From Candidatus Midichloria mitochondrii IricVA (lineage in GTDB: Bacteria; Pseudomonadota; Alphaproteobacteria; Rickettsiales; Midichloriaceae): a stretch of 32,000 nucleotides of DNA. Shown here piece by piece: positions 1 to 12,194 of the stretch (its first letter is position 1; each line of letters starts with the position of its first letter). The notes under the pieces are model-generated. The model did no database searches. It was not told the origin of the DNA and saw nothing but the letters and a program-made list of their open reading frames with translations. The position numbers and the translations under genes were made by a program. The stretch lies in NCBI RefSeq assembly GCF_000219355.1, contig NC_015722.1:1020001-1052000 (forward strand). Direction: 5' to 3'.

Positions 1-2
1 TT

Positions 3-260
3 GGATCTCTAATTGTAAGATATAGTGGCCAAAAAATAAATCATATCTCTGTTTTACGGTACATAATATCTCTACGCAATTTAAATGAATTTCACGAACA
101 GTGTATTGAACGCATATTTTTTGAAATTTATAAAAATTGCCGACCTAACTTTTTAGAGGTATCTGCAAGGTATACAAGAAGAGGAGGTATAGATATTAAC
201 CCAATAAGATCCTCATCTGAAAACTTCGCCCAGTCCAACTATAGAAGCTTTAGGCAGTAG
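3..260 (+). CDS. queF: NADPH-dependent 7-cyano-7-deazaguanine reductase QueF, 3' end (5' part lies outside the window)
   Basis: Frame 3 is open from the window edge and reads ...SLRNLNEFHEQCIERIFFEIY...ARYTRRGGIDINP...SFRQ*. This matches the conserved QueF C-terminus. Stop TAG at 258-260. Convergent with tyrS. Confidence 0.7.
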   Translation, partial: GSLIVRYSGQKINHISVLRYIISLRNLNEFHEQCIERIFFEIYKNCRPNFLEVSARYTRRGGIDINPIRSSSENFAQSNYRSFRQ

Positions 261-276
261 CTTCTTCCTTGCGCCT

Positions 277-1512
277 CTATACTATAACTACAATCGCATG
301 TTTCTTTTTTCCAGCTGTAAGCTTTATTTTACCATCTTGGACATAGGAACCATTAATTAATTCAGTTTCGGCCGCTACTATTTCATTATTGATTTTAGCT
401 CCATTGCCGTTTATTAGCCTCCTTGCTTCACCGCCTGAAGCACACAAACCTGCGGCTACAAAAAGCTTGAAAGCGGGTATACCATCCTTTAAGGAATCCG
501 CCTCTAACTCAACTTGTTGCAGATCTTCCCCTATTCCTCCACCAAAAGTACTTCGAGCAGTCTCCATAGAAGCTTTGGCTGCCTCTTTCCCTCTACAAAG
601 TGTGGTAGCTTCGTTTGCCAAAACTATCTTAGCTTCATTTAATTCTGCTCCTTGGAGTGCGGCCATTCTATCAATCTCAGCGATAGGAAGCTCGGTAAAT
701 AATTTGAGGAATTTTATCACATCCGCATCGTCCACATTACGCCAAAATTGCCAATAATCATAATTAGAGAGCATGTCTTCATTTAACCAAACAGCTCCAC
801 TTGCGGTTTTACCCATCTTAGCGCCAGAAGCTGTTGTAAGTAACGGTGAAGTTAATCCAAAAACTTCATTACCGGTCACTCTTTTAATTAACTCTATACC
901 GTTTACTATATTACCCCACTGATCTGAGCCGCCGAGCTGTAACGTACAATTATATTTTCTATGTAATTCAAGAAAATCATAAGCTTGCAATAACATATAG
1001 CTAAATTCAAGAAACGTAAGAGGCTGCCGCCTATCAAGCCTAATCTTGACGCTATCAAAAGTTAACATCCGATTAACAGAAAAATGTCTGCCATACTGAC
1101 TTAAAAACTCAAGATAATTTAGACTCAGTAGCCAATCTGCATTATCAACAGAAGTCGCACCTTGATCAAAATTAATGAACTGAGCAAATACTTTGTTAAT
1201 TGATTGTTTGTTTTTTTCTATTTGCTCCTCTGAAGGCACAGATCTCATCTCATCTTTCCCGGATGGATCACCGACTCTGGTCGTGCCGCTACCTAACAAT
1301 ACTGTCGGCTCATGCCCAAATTTCTGTAAGGTACGTAGTACCATGATTTGAATCAGGCCTCCAACATGCAACGATGGGGCTGTACAATCGAATCCAATAT
1401 AGGCCCTAACTTTTTTAGCTGCTAGTAACTCATCAAGGCCATCATCGTTAGTTGACTGATGTATATAGCCTCTTTCATATAAAAAATTTAATAGATCTGA
1501 TTTTCTTTTCAT
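277..1512 (-). CDS. tyrS: Tyrosyl-tRNA synthetase
   Basis: Full-length ORF with class I motifs (PSLHVGG = HIGH-like, KMGKT = KMSKS-like) and a C-terminal S4-like domain. ATG at 1512 preferred over the upstream GTG at 1518. Confidence 0.95.
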   Translation of the reverse strand: MKRKSDLLNFLYERGYIHQSTNDDGLDELLAAKKVRAYIGFDCTAPSLHVGGLIQIMVLRTLQKFGHEPTVLLGSGTTRVGDPSGKDEMRSVPSEEQIEKNKQSINKVFAQFINFDQGATSVDNADWLLSLNYLEFLSQYGRHFSVNRMLTFDSVKIRLDRRQPLTFLEFSYMLLQAYDFLELHRKYNCTLQLGGSDQWGNIVNGIELIKRVTGNEVFGLTSPLLTTASGAKMGKTASGAVWLNEDMLSNYDYWQFWRNVDDADVIKFLKLFTELPIAEIDRMAALQGAELNEAKIVLANEATTLCRGKEAAKASMETARSTFGGGIGEDLQQVELEADSLKDGIPAFKLFVAAGLCASGGEARRLINGNGAKINNEIVAAETELINGSYVQDGKIKLTAGKKKHAIVVIV

Positions 1513-1522
1513 AAACACACAC

Positions 1523-2764
1523 CTATTCGTAACGTAAAGCAGCTGCTGGCATCACACTCGCAGCTTTCCATGCGGGGTATATGGTTGCTAAAAACGATAA
1601 TAGTAATGCCGTAGAAACTATTATAACCGTGCTAGTAACCGAAAATTCTGCAGGCAAACTGGTGAGAAAATATATTACAGGATCAAATATAACTTGCCCA
1701 GTCATATTTTCTAAAAATTGGCGGATTTGCTCTATATAAATTGTAAATAGTATGCCAATTATTGCTCCCAAAAAAGTTCCAGTAACTCCTATTATAGAAC
1801 CGCAAATCATAAATATTCTTAAAATCGACGTCTTCTTCATTCCAATAGTTCGAAGTATTGCTATACTTTTTTTCTTATCCTGAACTAACATAATAAGGCT
1901 TGAAATGATATTAAATGCAGCGATTAAAATAATCAGCATCAATATAAAAAACATCACGTTTCTCTCCACGCGTAAGGCAGCTACCAAAGATTGATTTGCA
2001 GCACTCCAATCAATTATACTTAACTCGTTACCAATGATAGAGTTAATTTCTCTTTTGACCAACGCAAGATGCTGCGGATGATCAATTACTATCTCCAAGT
2101 CAGTAGCACTATGATCAAAAAATAATTGTGCATACCGAAGCGGCATAAAAATGCTATTACTGTTATATTCATACATGCCAACATCAAAGGCACCAACTAC
2201 TTTGAACGTTTTTATGCGAGGTACCATACCAAATGCTAAATTCTCAACTTTAGGAGCTACAAGCTTAACATAATCACCAATATCAACTCCCATTTCTCTT
2301 GCCATAGCTTCGCCAATGAATACGCCCTCATTGTTTTTATAAGAATTAAACTCATTAATCGATGTTAAGGATCCCATAGCTGGTTTCTTTTCTAAATCTT
2401 TACCATCTATACCTCTAACTAGTGCTCCTTTAGATCTACCTGTAGCGCCAATTATCATTGCTTGAGCAATGATAATTGGCGCTACATAATTAACATGTTC
2501 GATGCGACTAATTTTGTTCTGCAAGTCTCTAAAGTCTTTTATATCGCCCTGACTTGAACTGATTGTGATATGGCCATTTATTCCGAGTATTTTGCTAATT
2601 AGCTGCACTTCATAACCTGACATGACTGACATCACTATTATTAAGGTAGCAACGCCTAAGGTTATCCCAACCAAAGAAAAGGCACTAACAATCGATATAA
2701 ACCCTTCTTTATTTTTAGTACGCAAATATCTTAATGCGATTAAGAGTTCTACTTTTGTTACCAT
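1523..2764 (-). CDS. lolC: Lipoprotein-releasing ABC transporter permease (LolC/LolE family)
   Basis: 413 aa with an N-terminal TM, a large periplasmic loop and a C-terminal FtsX-like 3-TM bundle. N-terminus ...[18 protein letters not shown]... is typical of LolC/E. Confidence 0.85.
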   Translation of the reverse strand: MVTKVELLIALRYLRTKNKEGFISIVSAFSLVGITLGVATLIIVMSVMSGYEVQLISKILGINGHITISSSQGDIKDFRDLQNKISRIEHVNYVAPIIIAQAMIIGATGRSKGALVRGIDGKDLEKKPAMGSLTSINEFNSYKNNEGVFIGEAMAREMGVDIGDYVKLVAPKVENLAFGMVPRIKTFKVVGAFDVGMYEYNSNSIFMPLRYAQLFFDHSATDLEIVIDHPQHLALVKREINSIIGNELSIIDWSAANQSLVAALRVERNVMFFILMLIILIAAFNIISSLIMLVQDKKKSIAILRTIGMKKTSILRIFMICGSIIGVTGTFLGAIIGILFTIYIEQIRQFLENMTGQVIFDPVIYFLTSLPAEFSVTSTVIIVSTALLLSFLATIYPAWKAASVMPAAALRYE

Positions 2765-3937
2765 TTAATTAGTCTTTTGAGTGATTTTTAACACTAAAGC
2801 GCCAAATATGAAAGATAATAATGAGCCGCTTAGTACACCAATTTTTACTATACTCGTGTATTCCTCTACCTCATCAAAGGCTAAAACATTCATAAATAAG
2901 CTCATCGTAAAGCCAATCCCGCAAATAATCGCTATACTATAAAACTGCTTTAAATCTGTGTTTTCGGGCAAAGAAGTAATTTTTGTTTTGACTAAAAGAT
3001 ATACCGTCCCAAAAATTCCTAGTTGTTTGCCAACAAATAAACCTAGAGTTATTCCTAAAACTATAGGGCTACAGAATACTTCCCAGGATAAATTTGATAA
3101 ATTCACTCCGCTGTTCGCAAATGCAAAGACTGGAATAATTATATAAGCGACTAAGGGATATAAACTCTTCTCAATATTCTCTATAGGCTTAGATCCATCT
3201 GTTGCAGTAATTGGTATAAATAAACCCATAATGACCCCTGCAATTGTTGCATGAATTCCGCTTGCTAATATTAAGCTCCACATAATCATGCCAGTAACTA
3301 GATAAATCGGACCCGAAAAGATTTTTTTGCTACATAATATAGAAAGAAATATTACACACAGCCCAACATACCACAAATACTGCAACTGCAATGAATCAGT
3401 ATAGAAAAAAGCAATTATTAATACTGCAATTAGGTCATCAATAATAGCAAGAGCGGTTAAGAATACTCTAAGTGATATAGGTAGGCCCTTACCGCATAAG
3501 GCTAGCACTCCAAGAGCAAACGCAATATCCGTAGCTGCAGGAATAGCCCACCCCTTCATATTTAACTCATAGTTTTTATTAAATAAGATAAAAATAATTA
3601 TAGGGAATACTACTCCTCCAACTGCACCAACCAAAGGCAATACCCGTTGCTCTCCTTTAGATAAATGACCAACCACTAATTCACGTTTAATCTCCATGCC
3701 AACACTGAAAAAGAAAACTGCCATTAATAAGTCATTTATCCACTCCCTTATGGAGAGGCCAAGAGAGTGATGCGCAAATGCTAAACTTATTTTGGTTTGG
3801 AAAAATGCCTCATAACAACTCGCACAACTAGAATTGGAAACAATTAGAGTTAAGAAAGTAGCTATAAAAAGTAACAGTCCCTTTTCAACAGCATTATGTA
3901 TCAACAAAGCAAAATTAGTTAATCCTTTTGGTATCAT
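2765..3937 (-). CDS. nhaA: Na+/H+ antiporter NhaA
   Basis: 390-aa polytopic membrane protein with NhaA signature stretches (AIPAATDIAFALGVLAL, LTALAIIDDL). Its stop abuts the lolC start codon. Confidence 0.9.
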   Translation of the reverse strand: MIPKGLTNFALLIHNAVEKGLLLFIATFLTLIVSNSSCASCYEAFFQTKISLAFAHHSLGLSIREWINDLLMAVFFFSVGMEIKRELVVGHLSKGEQRVLPLVGAVGGVVFPIIIFILFNKNYELNMKGWAIPAATDIAFALGVLALCGKGLPISLRVFLTALAIIDDLIAVLIIAFFYTDSLQLQYLWYVGLCVIFLSILCSKKIFSGPIYLVTGMIMWSLILASGIHATIAGVIMGLFIPITATDGSKPIENIEKSLYPLVAYIIIPVFAFANSGVNLSNLSWEVFCSPIVLGITLGLFVGKQLGIFGTVYLLVKTKITSLPENTDLKQFYSIAIICGIGFTMSLFMNVLAFDEVEEYTSIVKIGVLSGSLLSFIFGALVLKITQKTN

Positions 3938-3943
3938 AGTAAT

Positions 3944-5662
3944 CTATCTAAATAGTTCCATTTCTTCTACTAATGTATAATTATTTTTCCTAATCTTTTC
4001 TTTTATTGAAAGAATGGCGTGCTCAACTATACCAAGGTTCTTTAACGCAACACCACCAAGCTGCAAACCCGTCTCGATTGTAGTAGGCACGGTCATTTCT
4101 GCTCCCATTTTCTTTAAGTTTCTACTATGTCTTAAGTCTTCAGCCCTAGTAATAATGGGTAAGCTACTGAATTCTAAAGAAATCACTTTCACTGCTTTTC
4201 TGACTGATATTTTATCGCTCATACTAAGTATAATTGCAGCAGCTTGCTTGGCTCCAACAGCATTTAGTGTATCAAGATCTGCTAGGTTACCATGATAAAC
4301 TGGGAATCCGTCCTCTCTTGCTTGTTTTGCAAGAGAGGCATTGCTATCAACGGCCACATAGTTGATCTGTTCTTGTTCAAGCATATATGCGACAACTCTT
4401 CCTACCCTACCGAAGCCCGCTAATATGACATGCTCGCTTAAATCACCTATTCCTCTTAATTCTTGCAATTGGTGAGAAGCCAAACCGTTGTCTAATATAT
4501 CTTCTATTTTAGTACCAATAATTGAAAGTAGTGGAGTGACGGCCATAGTAACCGCAACCACCATAAATAAAAACTGAGCTAAGTCATGAGTTATTACACC
4601 TTGACTTACGGCTATATTAAATAAAATGAAAGCAAATTCTCCACCTTGCGAAAGTAATAAAGATGCATTTATAGATTCGCCCCGTTGATAACCAAAAAAA
4701 TTACACAGAATAAATATCACCAACGCTTTTATTAAAATGATGCCAGCAGAAAGAACTAAAATATCGCTCCACTGAGACATGATAAAACGCCAATCTATTG
4801 ACATCCCAACTGTTATGAAGAACAAGCTCATAAATAAACCTTGAAAGGGAATTATGCTATCTTCAACCCTATTTCTATATTCCGTTTCAGCGATTAGGAT
4901 TCCCGCAAGAAATGCTCCCATGGCTGTAGAAAGACCTAATTGGCTAGTTGTCCAAGCAGCTCCAAGTACTATCAATAGAGTAGTTGTTACATACACTTCG
5001 TCTGTTTTTACCGAAGCAATTAATGAGAAAAAAGGTCTTAAGCACCACCTGCCAAATAAAGTAATTGCAATAATTGCGCCCAAAGCTTTAAGACTTGCCC
5101 ATCCTATTGTTAATAACATGTCGTTGCCCTGATTTAGAATAGGAATAATTGCAAGCAATGGAACAACAGCAAAATCCTGCATCAAAAGCACAGCTAGAGA
5201 TAGTCTTCCAATTGGGCTAGATTGAGTTCCATTTTCAGCTAAAACCTGCAATACTATAGCCGTAGAAGAAAGAGCAAGAGCTAGGGAGATCACAATTACC
5301 ATAGTCTGCGGTAGTTCTGTATCTATATAGTGATCAATAACTAGATATGCCAAATAAAAAACTAAGGCTGTTAAAAGAAGCTGTAGTCCACCAAAACCAA
5401 AAACTAGTACTCTCATTTTTATTAAACGCTCAAATGTGAGTTCCAGCCCTATTACAAATAAAAGAAAAACCACCCCGAATTCACCAAGGGCAGTTGTATA
5501 ACCTGGCTCTTTTATTAAATCTAAACCATTAGAGCCGATTATGGCGCCTACTACAAGATAACCGAGAACCGGGCTTGTTCTGAACTTTCTCAATAACACT
5601 ACGGTTATTATAGAAACTAGTAGCAGTATAAGTACATCAGGTAAGTATCCAGTATCGTGCAT
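3944..5662 (-). CDS. kefB: CPA2 monovalent cation:proton antiporter with C-terminal TrkA-N (KTN/NAD-binding) domain, KefB-like
   Basis: 572 aa. N-terminal multi-TM Na_H_exchanger-like region followed by a Rossmann motif (HVILAGFGRVGRVV). Confidence 0.85.
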   Translation of the reverse strand: MHDTGYLPDVLILLLVSIITVVLLRKFRTSPVLGYLVVGAIIGSNGLDLIKEPGYTTALGEFGVVFLLFVIGLELTFERLIKMRVLVFGFGGLQLLLTALVFYLAYLVIDHYIDTELPQTMVIVISLALALSSTAIVLQVLAENGTQSSPIGRLSLAVLLMQDFAVVPLLAIIPILNQGNDMLLTIGWASLKALGAIIAITLFGRWCLRPFFSLIASVKTDEVYVTTTLLIVLGAAWTTSQLGLSTAMGAFLAGILIAETEYRNRVEDSIIPFQGLFMSLFFITVGMSIDWRFIMSQWSDILVLSAGIILIKALVIFILCNFFGYQRGESINASLLLSQGGEFAFILFNIAVSQGVITHDLAQFLFMVVAVTMAVTPLLSIIGTKIEDILDNGLASHQLQELRGIGDLSEHVILAGFGRVGRVVAYMLEQEQINYVAVDSNASLAKQAREDGFPVYHGNLADLDTLNAVGAKQAAAIILSMSDKISVRKAVKVISLEFSSLPIITRAEDLRHSRNLKKMGAEMTVPTTIETGLQLGGVALKNLGIVEHAILSIKEKIRKNNYTLVEEMELFR

Positions 5663-5808
5663 GCCCTTTTAAAATCTTCAACCTATAAAATTTATTGTAT
5701 CAACTAATATTTACTTGAGTAAAATCTATATCATTGTTCTATAGTTGACTACATTGCATTTTAACTTTTTGCAAATTATAAATCTAATAAAAAATAATTA
5801 TTATTTGT

Positions 5809-6498
5809 ATGCCAATAGCTTTAATCACCGGAGCTGCAAAAAGAATAGGGAAAATTATTTCATTAAATCTTGCTCAAAATGGCTGGGACCTACTCTTACA
5901 CTATAATTCTTCAAAAGCAGAAGCTGAAGAACTAAAAAGAACCGTAGAAAAAAGCGGTATCAAAGCAGAGTTATTGCATTGTGATTTTAGAAATTTAGAT
6001 AATATAGAGCATTTAATACAACAAGATAACCTTGATCTACTGATCAATAATGCCTCCAGCTTCGAAAATGACAATATAAATAATTTTTTTTATGAAGATA
6101 TTGCAAATAAATTAAAAATCAACTTAATCGCCCCAATGTTATTAACTAAAGCATTCGTGAAAAAGTCAGTGAATGTATCTAATCCCAACATTATTAATAT
6201 ATTAGATTGTGAAATCAAAAATATACCAAGCAACTTTATTTCTTATAATATCACTAAAAATGCATTGGCTCATTTTACTAAAATTGCCGCGAAAAACCTA
6301 GCTCCAACTATTAGAGTCAACGGAATTGCTTTAGGGCATACTGTAAAAAATCCTAAACAATCTGAAGAAAACTTTAATAAAGCAATACAATACTCCCTGC
6401 TTAAGAAAAATGTATCTGAAAAGAATCTTCTAGACACAATTTATTATTTAATCCAGAACGAAAACCTGGTGGGAAATATAATATTTTTAGAAAACTAA
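5809..6498 (+). CDS. Short-chain dehydrogenase/reductase, pteridine reductase / FolM-like
   Basis: N-terminal cofactor motif ITGAAKRIG, NNAS motif and catalytic YNITK (YxxxK). Length 229 aa. Confidence 0.7.
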   Translation: MPIALITGAAKRIGKIISLNLAQNGWDLLLHYNSSKAEAEELKRTVEKSGIKAELLHCDFRNLDNIEHLIQQDNLDLLINNASSFENDNINNFFYEDIANKLKINLIAPMLLTKAFVKKSVNVSNPNIINILDCEIKNIPSNFISYNITKNALAHFTKIAAKNLAPTIRVNGIALGHTVKNPKQSEENFNKAIQYSLLKKNVSEKNLLDTIYYLIQNENLVGNIIFLEN

Positions 6499-6558
6499 GA
6501 GGGAGTACAGCTCGCTGATGTTTGATGGATGATAGATTCGCTAGCTGCGCCCCGGGCG

Positions 6559-6584
6559 GAGAGACTAGAGTGCTTCTCTCTTTT
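6559..6584 (+). terminator. Weak candidate intrinsic terminator downstream of the SDR gene
   Basis: GAGAGA (6559-6564) pairs with TCTCTC (6575-6580) around a 10-nt loop, followed by TTTT (6581-6584). Confidence 0.3.
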
Positions 6585-6603
6585 AGCCAAGGAAAGTTTT
6601 TAC

Positions 6604-6611
6604 TTATTTTA
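6604..6611. repeat. Left copy of the 8-bp target-site duplication TTATTTTA of IS1-family copy 1
   Basis: An identical octamer occurs at 7422-7429, immediately outside both IS termini. IS1-family elements make 8-9 bp duplications. Confidence 0.75.
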
Positions 6612-7421
6612 GGCATTGCCTAGTAATTATAGACGGCAATAAGATGGTATGATATCTTCGTAATAAGACGGGAGTAGAAATGACAATTAAGTGTAAATAT
6701 TGTGGCTCTCGAGCAGGTGAAGAATGGTGTGGTACATTGTGGACAGCAAGAGGTAATACAGGTACAAGAATTGCAAAAAGAATTACCGAGAAGGTAATAA
6801 GCGACAGAAATACACTATGAATGATAGACCTAAAACCTAACCTTGAGGAGTGTGGAATTAGGACGATAAGAGAGACTGACTGGAATCCATAACAGCCAAA
6901 TATCTTCATGGATCGAAGGACGGGGGGACGCTATGTGCAAGAAAAGTTAGATAAGAGCTGCAACAGCACAAAGTCACTTAAGGATATCGAGGTCCTAGAG
7001 ATTGACGAGCTGTGCACATATATAAAAAAAGACCAAAGAATGGAAGTGGGGTACACCTTTATATGGATTACTGTTGATAGAGGAGCGGGTGAAATTATTG
7101 ATTTTGAAGGTAGGTGACGGGAGTAAGGCAACCCACCTGAACTTGTCATTTAGGCTTTGAGGAACGTTATAAATTGAGCATGTACAGATGATTACAGCGT
7201 TTATGAATACTATAAAAATCTCCACGCACCATCACAAAACAAAGGCTGAGACCCCATTGGTAGAATCAAAGAATTCTTTAAGAGGCATTATCTAGCTAGT
7301 TTTAATCGAAGAACGAAGCGCTATAGCAAACCCCTGAGGATGCTTTGCGCTACTCTCACCCTCTTCTTCCATAGGCATTTGCTGGATTTGAAACTTCTAT
7401 CTATAAATATTAGGCAGTGCC
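6612..7421 (+). mobile_element. IS1-family insertion sequence, copy 1, degraded (insA/insB broken by stops and frameshifts)
   Basis: Terminal inverted repeats GGCATTGCCTAGTAATTATAGA and TCTATAAATATTAGGCAGTGCC. InsA-like Zn-finger start MTIKCKYCGS at 6680. InsB-like IDELCTYIKK...FIWITVDRGAGEIIDFE and ...KRYSK... motifs are spread over several frames. Flanked by an 8-bp TSD. Confidence 0.88.
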
Positions 7422-7429
7422 TTATTTTA
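7422..7429. repeat. Right copy of the 8-bp target-site duplication TTATTTTA
   Basis: Identical to 6604-6611. Contains the stop codon (7427-7429, minus strand) of the small ORF 7427-7672. Confidence 0.75.
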
Positions 7430-7672
7430 ATAAGTATATTTATATATTCCACGTTTCCTAGAATGGATATTATTGGCCGCAACTCCTCCGATAACACTAC
7501 TTATAATAGCACCAAAATTCTGATTGCTTGATGAAGGATCATAATGAGAAGTTGTAGTTATTACAGGTTCGGTAGTATTATGGGTATATATGTATTCAAT
7601 AACACCGAAACAGTATTTGGGTAGCTGAGTATCGTTATTAAAATCCCCTGCTTCGCAAGGGTTACAAGCCAA
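7427..7672 (-). CDS. Hypothetical small protein (81 aa): Cys-containing N-terminus, Gly/Ala-rich C-terminal hydrophobic segment, basic tail
   Basis: TTG start preceded by TAGGAGGA at 5-nt spacing, with an in-frame stop just upstream. C-terminus FGAIISSVIGGVAANNIHSRKRG resembles a glycine-zipper/tail-anchor TM. No family recognised. Confidence 0.4.
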   Translation of the reverse strand: MACNPCEAGDFNNDTQLPKYCFGVIEYIYTHNTTEPVITTTSHYDPSSSNQNFGAIISSVIGGVAANNIHSRKRGIYKYTY

Positions 7673-7712
7673 GAAATCCTCCTATTAAGCTCTTCAGTTA
7701 TTACTCTTCTCG

Positions 7713-8373
7713 CTAGAGCACTTTATTTGATACAGAAGCTTTATTGAGAGCGCTATTCATTAATAGCTCGTTTGCTCTAGACTTGATCATGTCTAAAGCT
7801 ACTTTATTTTTACCGCCACGAGGCACAATGACATGGGCATCTTTCTTACTTGGCTCAATGTATTTTTAAAAACATGGGGCGGACATTGAGTATTATACTG
7901 ATCTAAAATTTGTTTAATATCACGTCCACGCTCTAAAACATCCCTTTTTATGCGTCTCATAAGACATATATATAGCGGAGTATCAACATATATCTTAATA
8001 TTCATAAAGCTGCCTAACTTCTTTTACGGCCAACGTTAAATCTAAGACTACTATTTGATGAGAATCCACCAAGGTCGTTTCTTTTTTTCTACTATGAGTT
8101 ATATAATCATACCTTGGCATATTAATGGGCTTGCCTAAAACCAACTCTTTAATCTGCCTAACTAGTGGATCATTATCAATAGATCTGGGGTGGTCATAGT
8201 TCATTTTTGCTCTTTCTTCAATTGATAACTTAGAATGATCCTTATAATAGTCATCAGCATTAATTACTACTACAACTTGCTCTTGGAGGAGCATTGCTAA
8301 GTAAGCTATTTGCTAATAAGCTTTCGCCTGAAGCTGCTGGACCTGCAATACCTATAACTTTTCTGTGCGGCAT
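7713..8373 (-). pseudogene. udk: Uridine kinase pseudogene (at least 4 frameshifts, P-loop Lys replaced by Glu)
   Basis: Udk-like pieces lie in different frames: MPHRKVIGIAGPAASGES, VVVVINADDYYKDHSKLSIEERAKMNYDHP, MNIKIYVDTPLYICLMRRIKRDVLERGRD, YIEPSKKDAHVIVPRGGKNKVALDMI. The two annotated ORFs (7799-8005 and 7995-8294) are fragments of one gene. Confidence 0.85.
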
Positions 8374-9159
8374 AGTGTGTAGATACCATAAGTTTTTGTA
8401 ATTTATATAAAAAATTCCTCAACCAAGTCAAGGAGCAGGCGTATCTAGTGTGCTTCTAGTAGATAAAGTATAACTACAAATTCAGTAAGCTCCGATTGTT
8501 GGGTAGTATTAACAAATAAATCAATATAAATGGTCTATGGATCTCAATACTTCTTCAATAGACTCAGCAATCAAAACGGAAGTAAAAACCTGTAAAGTCG
8601 ACTCCTTGATAAAGGATCAAATGCACTCTCTCTTAAAAAGCCCATTGCTAAACCTCCTCCTATGCCCTCTTTGATAACATTCCAAGTATTAACTTCATAA
8701 GTATTATGGTTAAAAGAATTTTGCCGCTTCATAAAATAATTGCCTGAGTGTATGGCCTGTAAAACCTATTATACACTGGCCAGAAATCGTATTAGAATTC
8801 TTAAATTCCTGTAGTATTCTTAAAAGACATCACCTGCCCAACATATTTTAAACAACGCTTCCAGCATAGTTTTATTATAGAAGTCTCAAATCCCCATGGA
8901 GGGTCTGTTTCTTGCCCTAGGTATATACTTTTCGCCGCTGAGGCAAGGATCTACTGAAATGAAGCAAACAGCTGTAGGCAACAATGCCATTTTTGTTCTG
9001 TATACTAAAGCTTCTTCTTATATTAGAAAAAAGGTTACCTTTTATTGCGGTTGTCACACAGGCAGCATTGCCAACACCTTCACTACATCATTTCCAAGAA
9101 GATTTAGAGCTGTTTCTTCGCTGCTTTTAATTATAAGGGGTTCTCCCCAAATACTAAAC
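8374..9159 (-). other. Degraded coding remnant(s): short minus-strand reading frames chained by frameshifts and stops
   Basis: Successive open stretches in alternating frames (e.g. ...ISGQCIIGFTGHTLRQLFYEAAKFF*, NHNTYEVNTWNVIKEGIGGGLAMGFLRESAFDPL...). No intact ORF over 100 aa and no family confidently recognised. Confidence 0.3.
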
Positions 9160-9315
9160 TTAAGCGTATGAATTAGTACTGAAAGCAATCCCGCTTTTTG
9201 TAAAACCAAGCCTTGCAGAAAAAACTGCAACGATTGCAGTAATCGCATTTGCTGCATAACCCGCTAAATTCTCTTGTGCCTCGCTATTAAAAGATTCCTG
9301 TCCTACATTACTCAT
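9160..9315 (-). CDS. Hypothetical 51-aa ORF directly downstream of gyrB, possibly the 5' piece of the degraded gene that follows
   Basis: ATG 9315, stop 9160. Reads MSNVGQESFNSEAQENLAGYAANAITAIVAVFSARLGFTKSGIAFSTNSYA with one hydrophobic segment. No clear SD. Confidence 0.25.
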   Translation of the reverse strand: MSNVGQESFNSEAQENLAGYAANAITAIVAVFSARLGFTKSGIAFSTNSYA

Positions 9316-9339
9316 ATAAGCTTTAAAATTTAAATGAAA

Positions 9340-11787
<2,448 letters not shown>

Positions 11788-11884
11788 TTAAACACACCAT
11801 ATACGAGGCGAAACACTAACATAATAATGCCAGTTGATCAAGCTTTTTGGTTTAGTTTACACAAAGTGGCTTAGAAAGAGCGCT

Positions 11885-12194
11885 CTATTGTGCCAGCTGA
11901 TTACGCGAGAAGTGATCTCGGTCGCTTAAGTAATACAGAACATTTTCAACGTCATTCATTATTCCAAGATCGTCGTATATACAGAACTTAACCTCTGGAT
12001 AAGTGATGATTGGAGCGCTGCGCGATTCACTATCTCTGCAACCAATTTTACCAGAACCACGTACTAGCAACGGTATCAATCCCATTGAATCATCAACAAA
12101 AGCCTGAATTAAAACCCCATCCTCATATTGTAGGTAATATTTACCATAAATAATCACATCAATAGTTCCGGTTATTATAAGTGTACCAAAAATC
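11885..12194 (-). pseudogene. 3' fragment of an unidentified gene whose 5' part is replaced by IS1 copy 2
   Basis: The annotated ORF 11885-12274 begins inside the IS (first ~27 codons are IS sequence). Only ...IFGTLIITGTIDVIIYGKYYLQYEDG...YYLSDRDHFSRNQLAQ* is native. Confidence 0.5.

Noticed and set aside
389-757. Plus-strand ORFs overlapping conserved minus-strand genes. Same situation at 2958-3146, 4014-4295, 4854-5132, 9948-10175, 10292-10852, 10819-11007, 14656-14922, 14989-15555, 15676-16014, 16606-16866, 17528-17749, 19884-20078, 20490-20672, 21006-21188, 21441-21644, 24875-25108, 27689-28015, 30568-30786 and 31482-31676.
   Set aside because: All are antisense or out-of-frame shadows of strongly supported genes. 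They have low-complexity, Ser/Leu/Ile-rich composition, no start signals and no recognisable motifs.
7024-7030. A7 run in the IS1 copies as the programmed -1 frameshift site (the A6C motif of IS1 insA-insB').
   Set aside because: It lies well inside the InsB-like region (…CTYIKKK…), not at the insA/insB overlap, and the surrounding frames are already broken elsewhere.
6604-7225. Minus-strand ORFs inside the IS1 copies (6604-6909, 6931-7149, 6995-7225, 12175-12360, 12210-12521), plus 6401-6616 and 7340-7531.
   Set aside because: They run antisense to the recognisable InsA/InsB reading frames or span the IS boundary. They are explained by the IS sequence itself.
8896-9257. ORFs 8896-9171 (+) and 9054-9257 (-) as real genes.
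   Set aside because: They overlap each other on opposite strands within the decayed region, lack start signals and have no recognisable motifs. They are treated as part of the degraded remnant.
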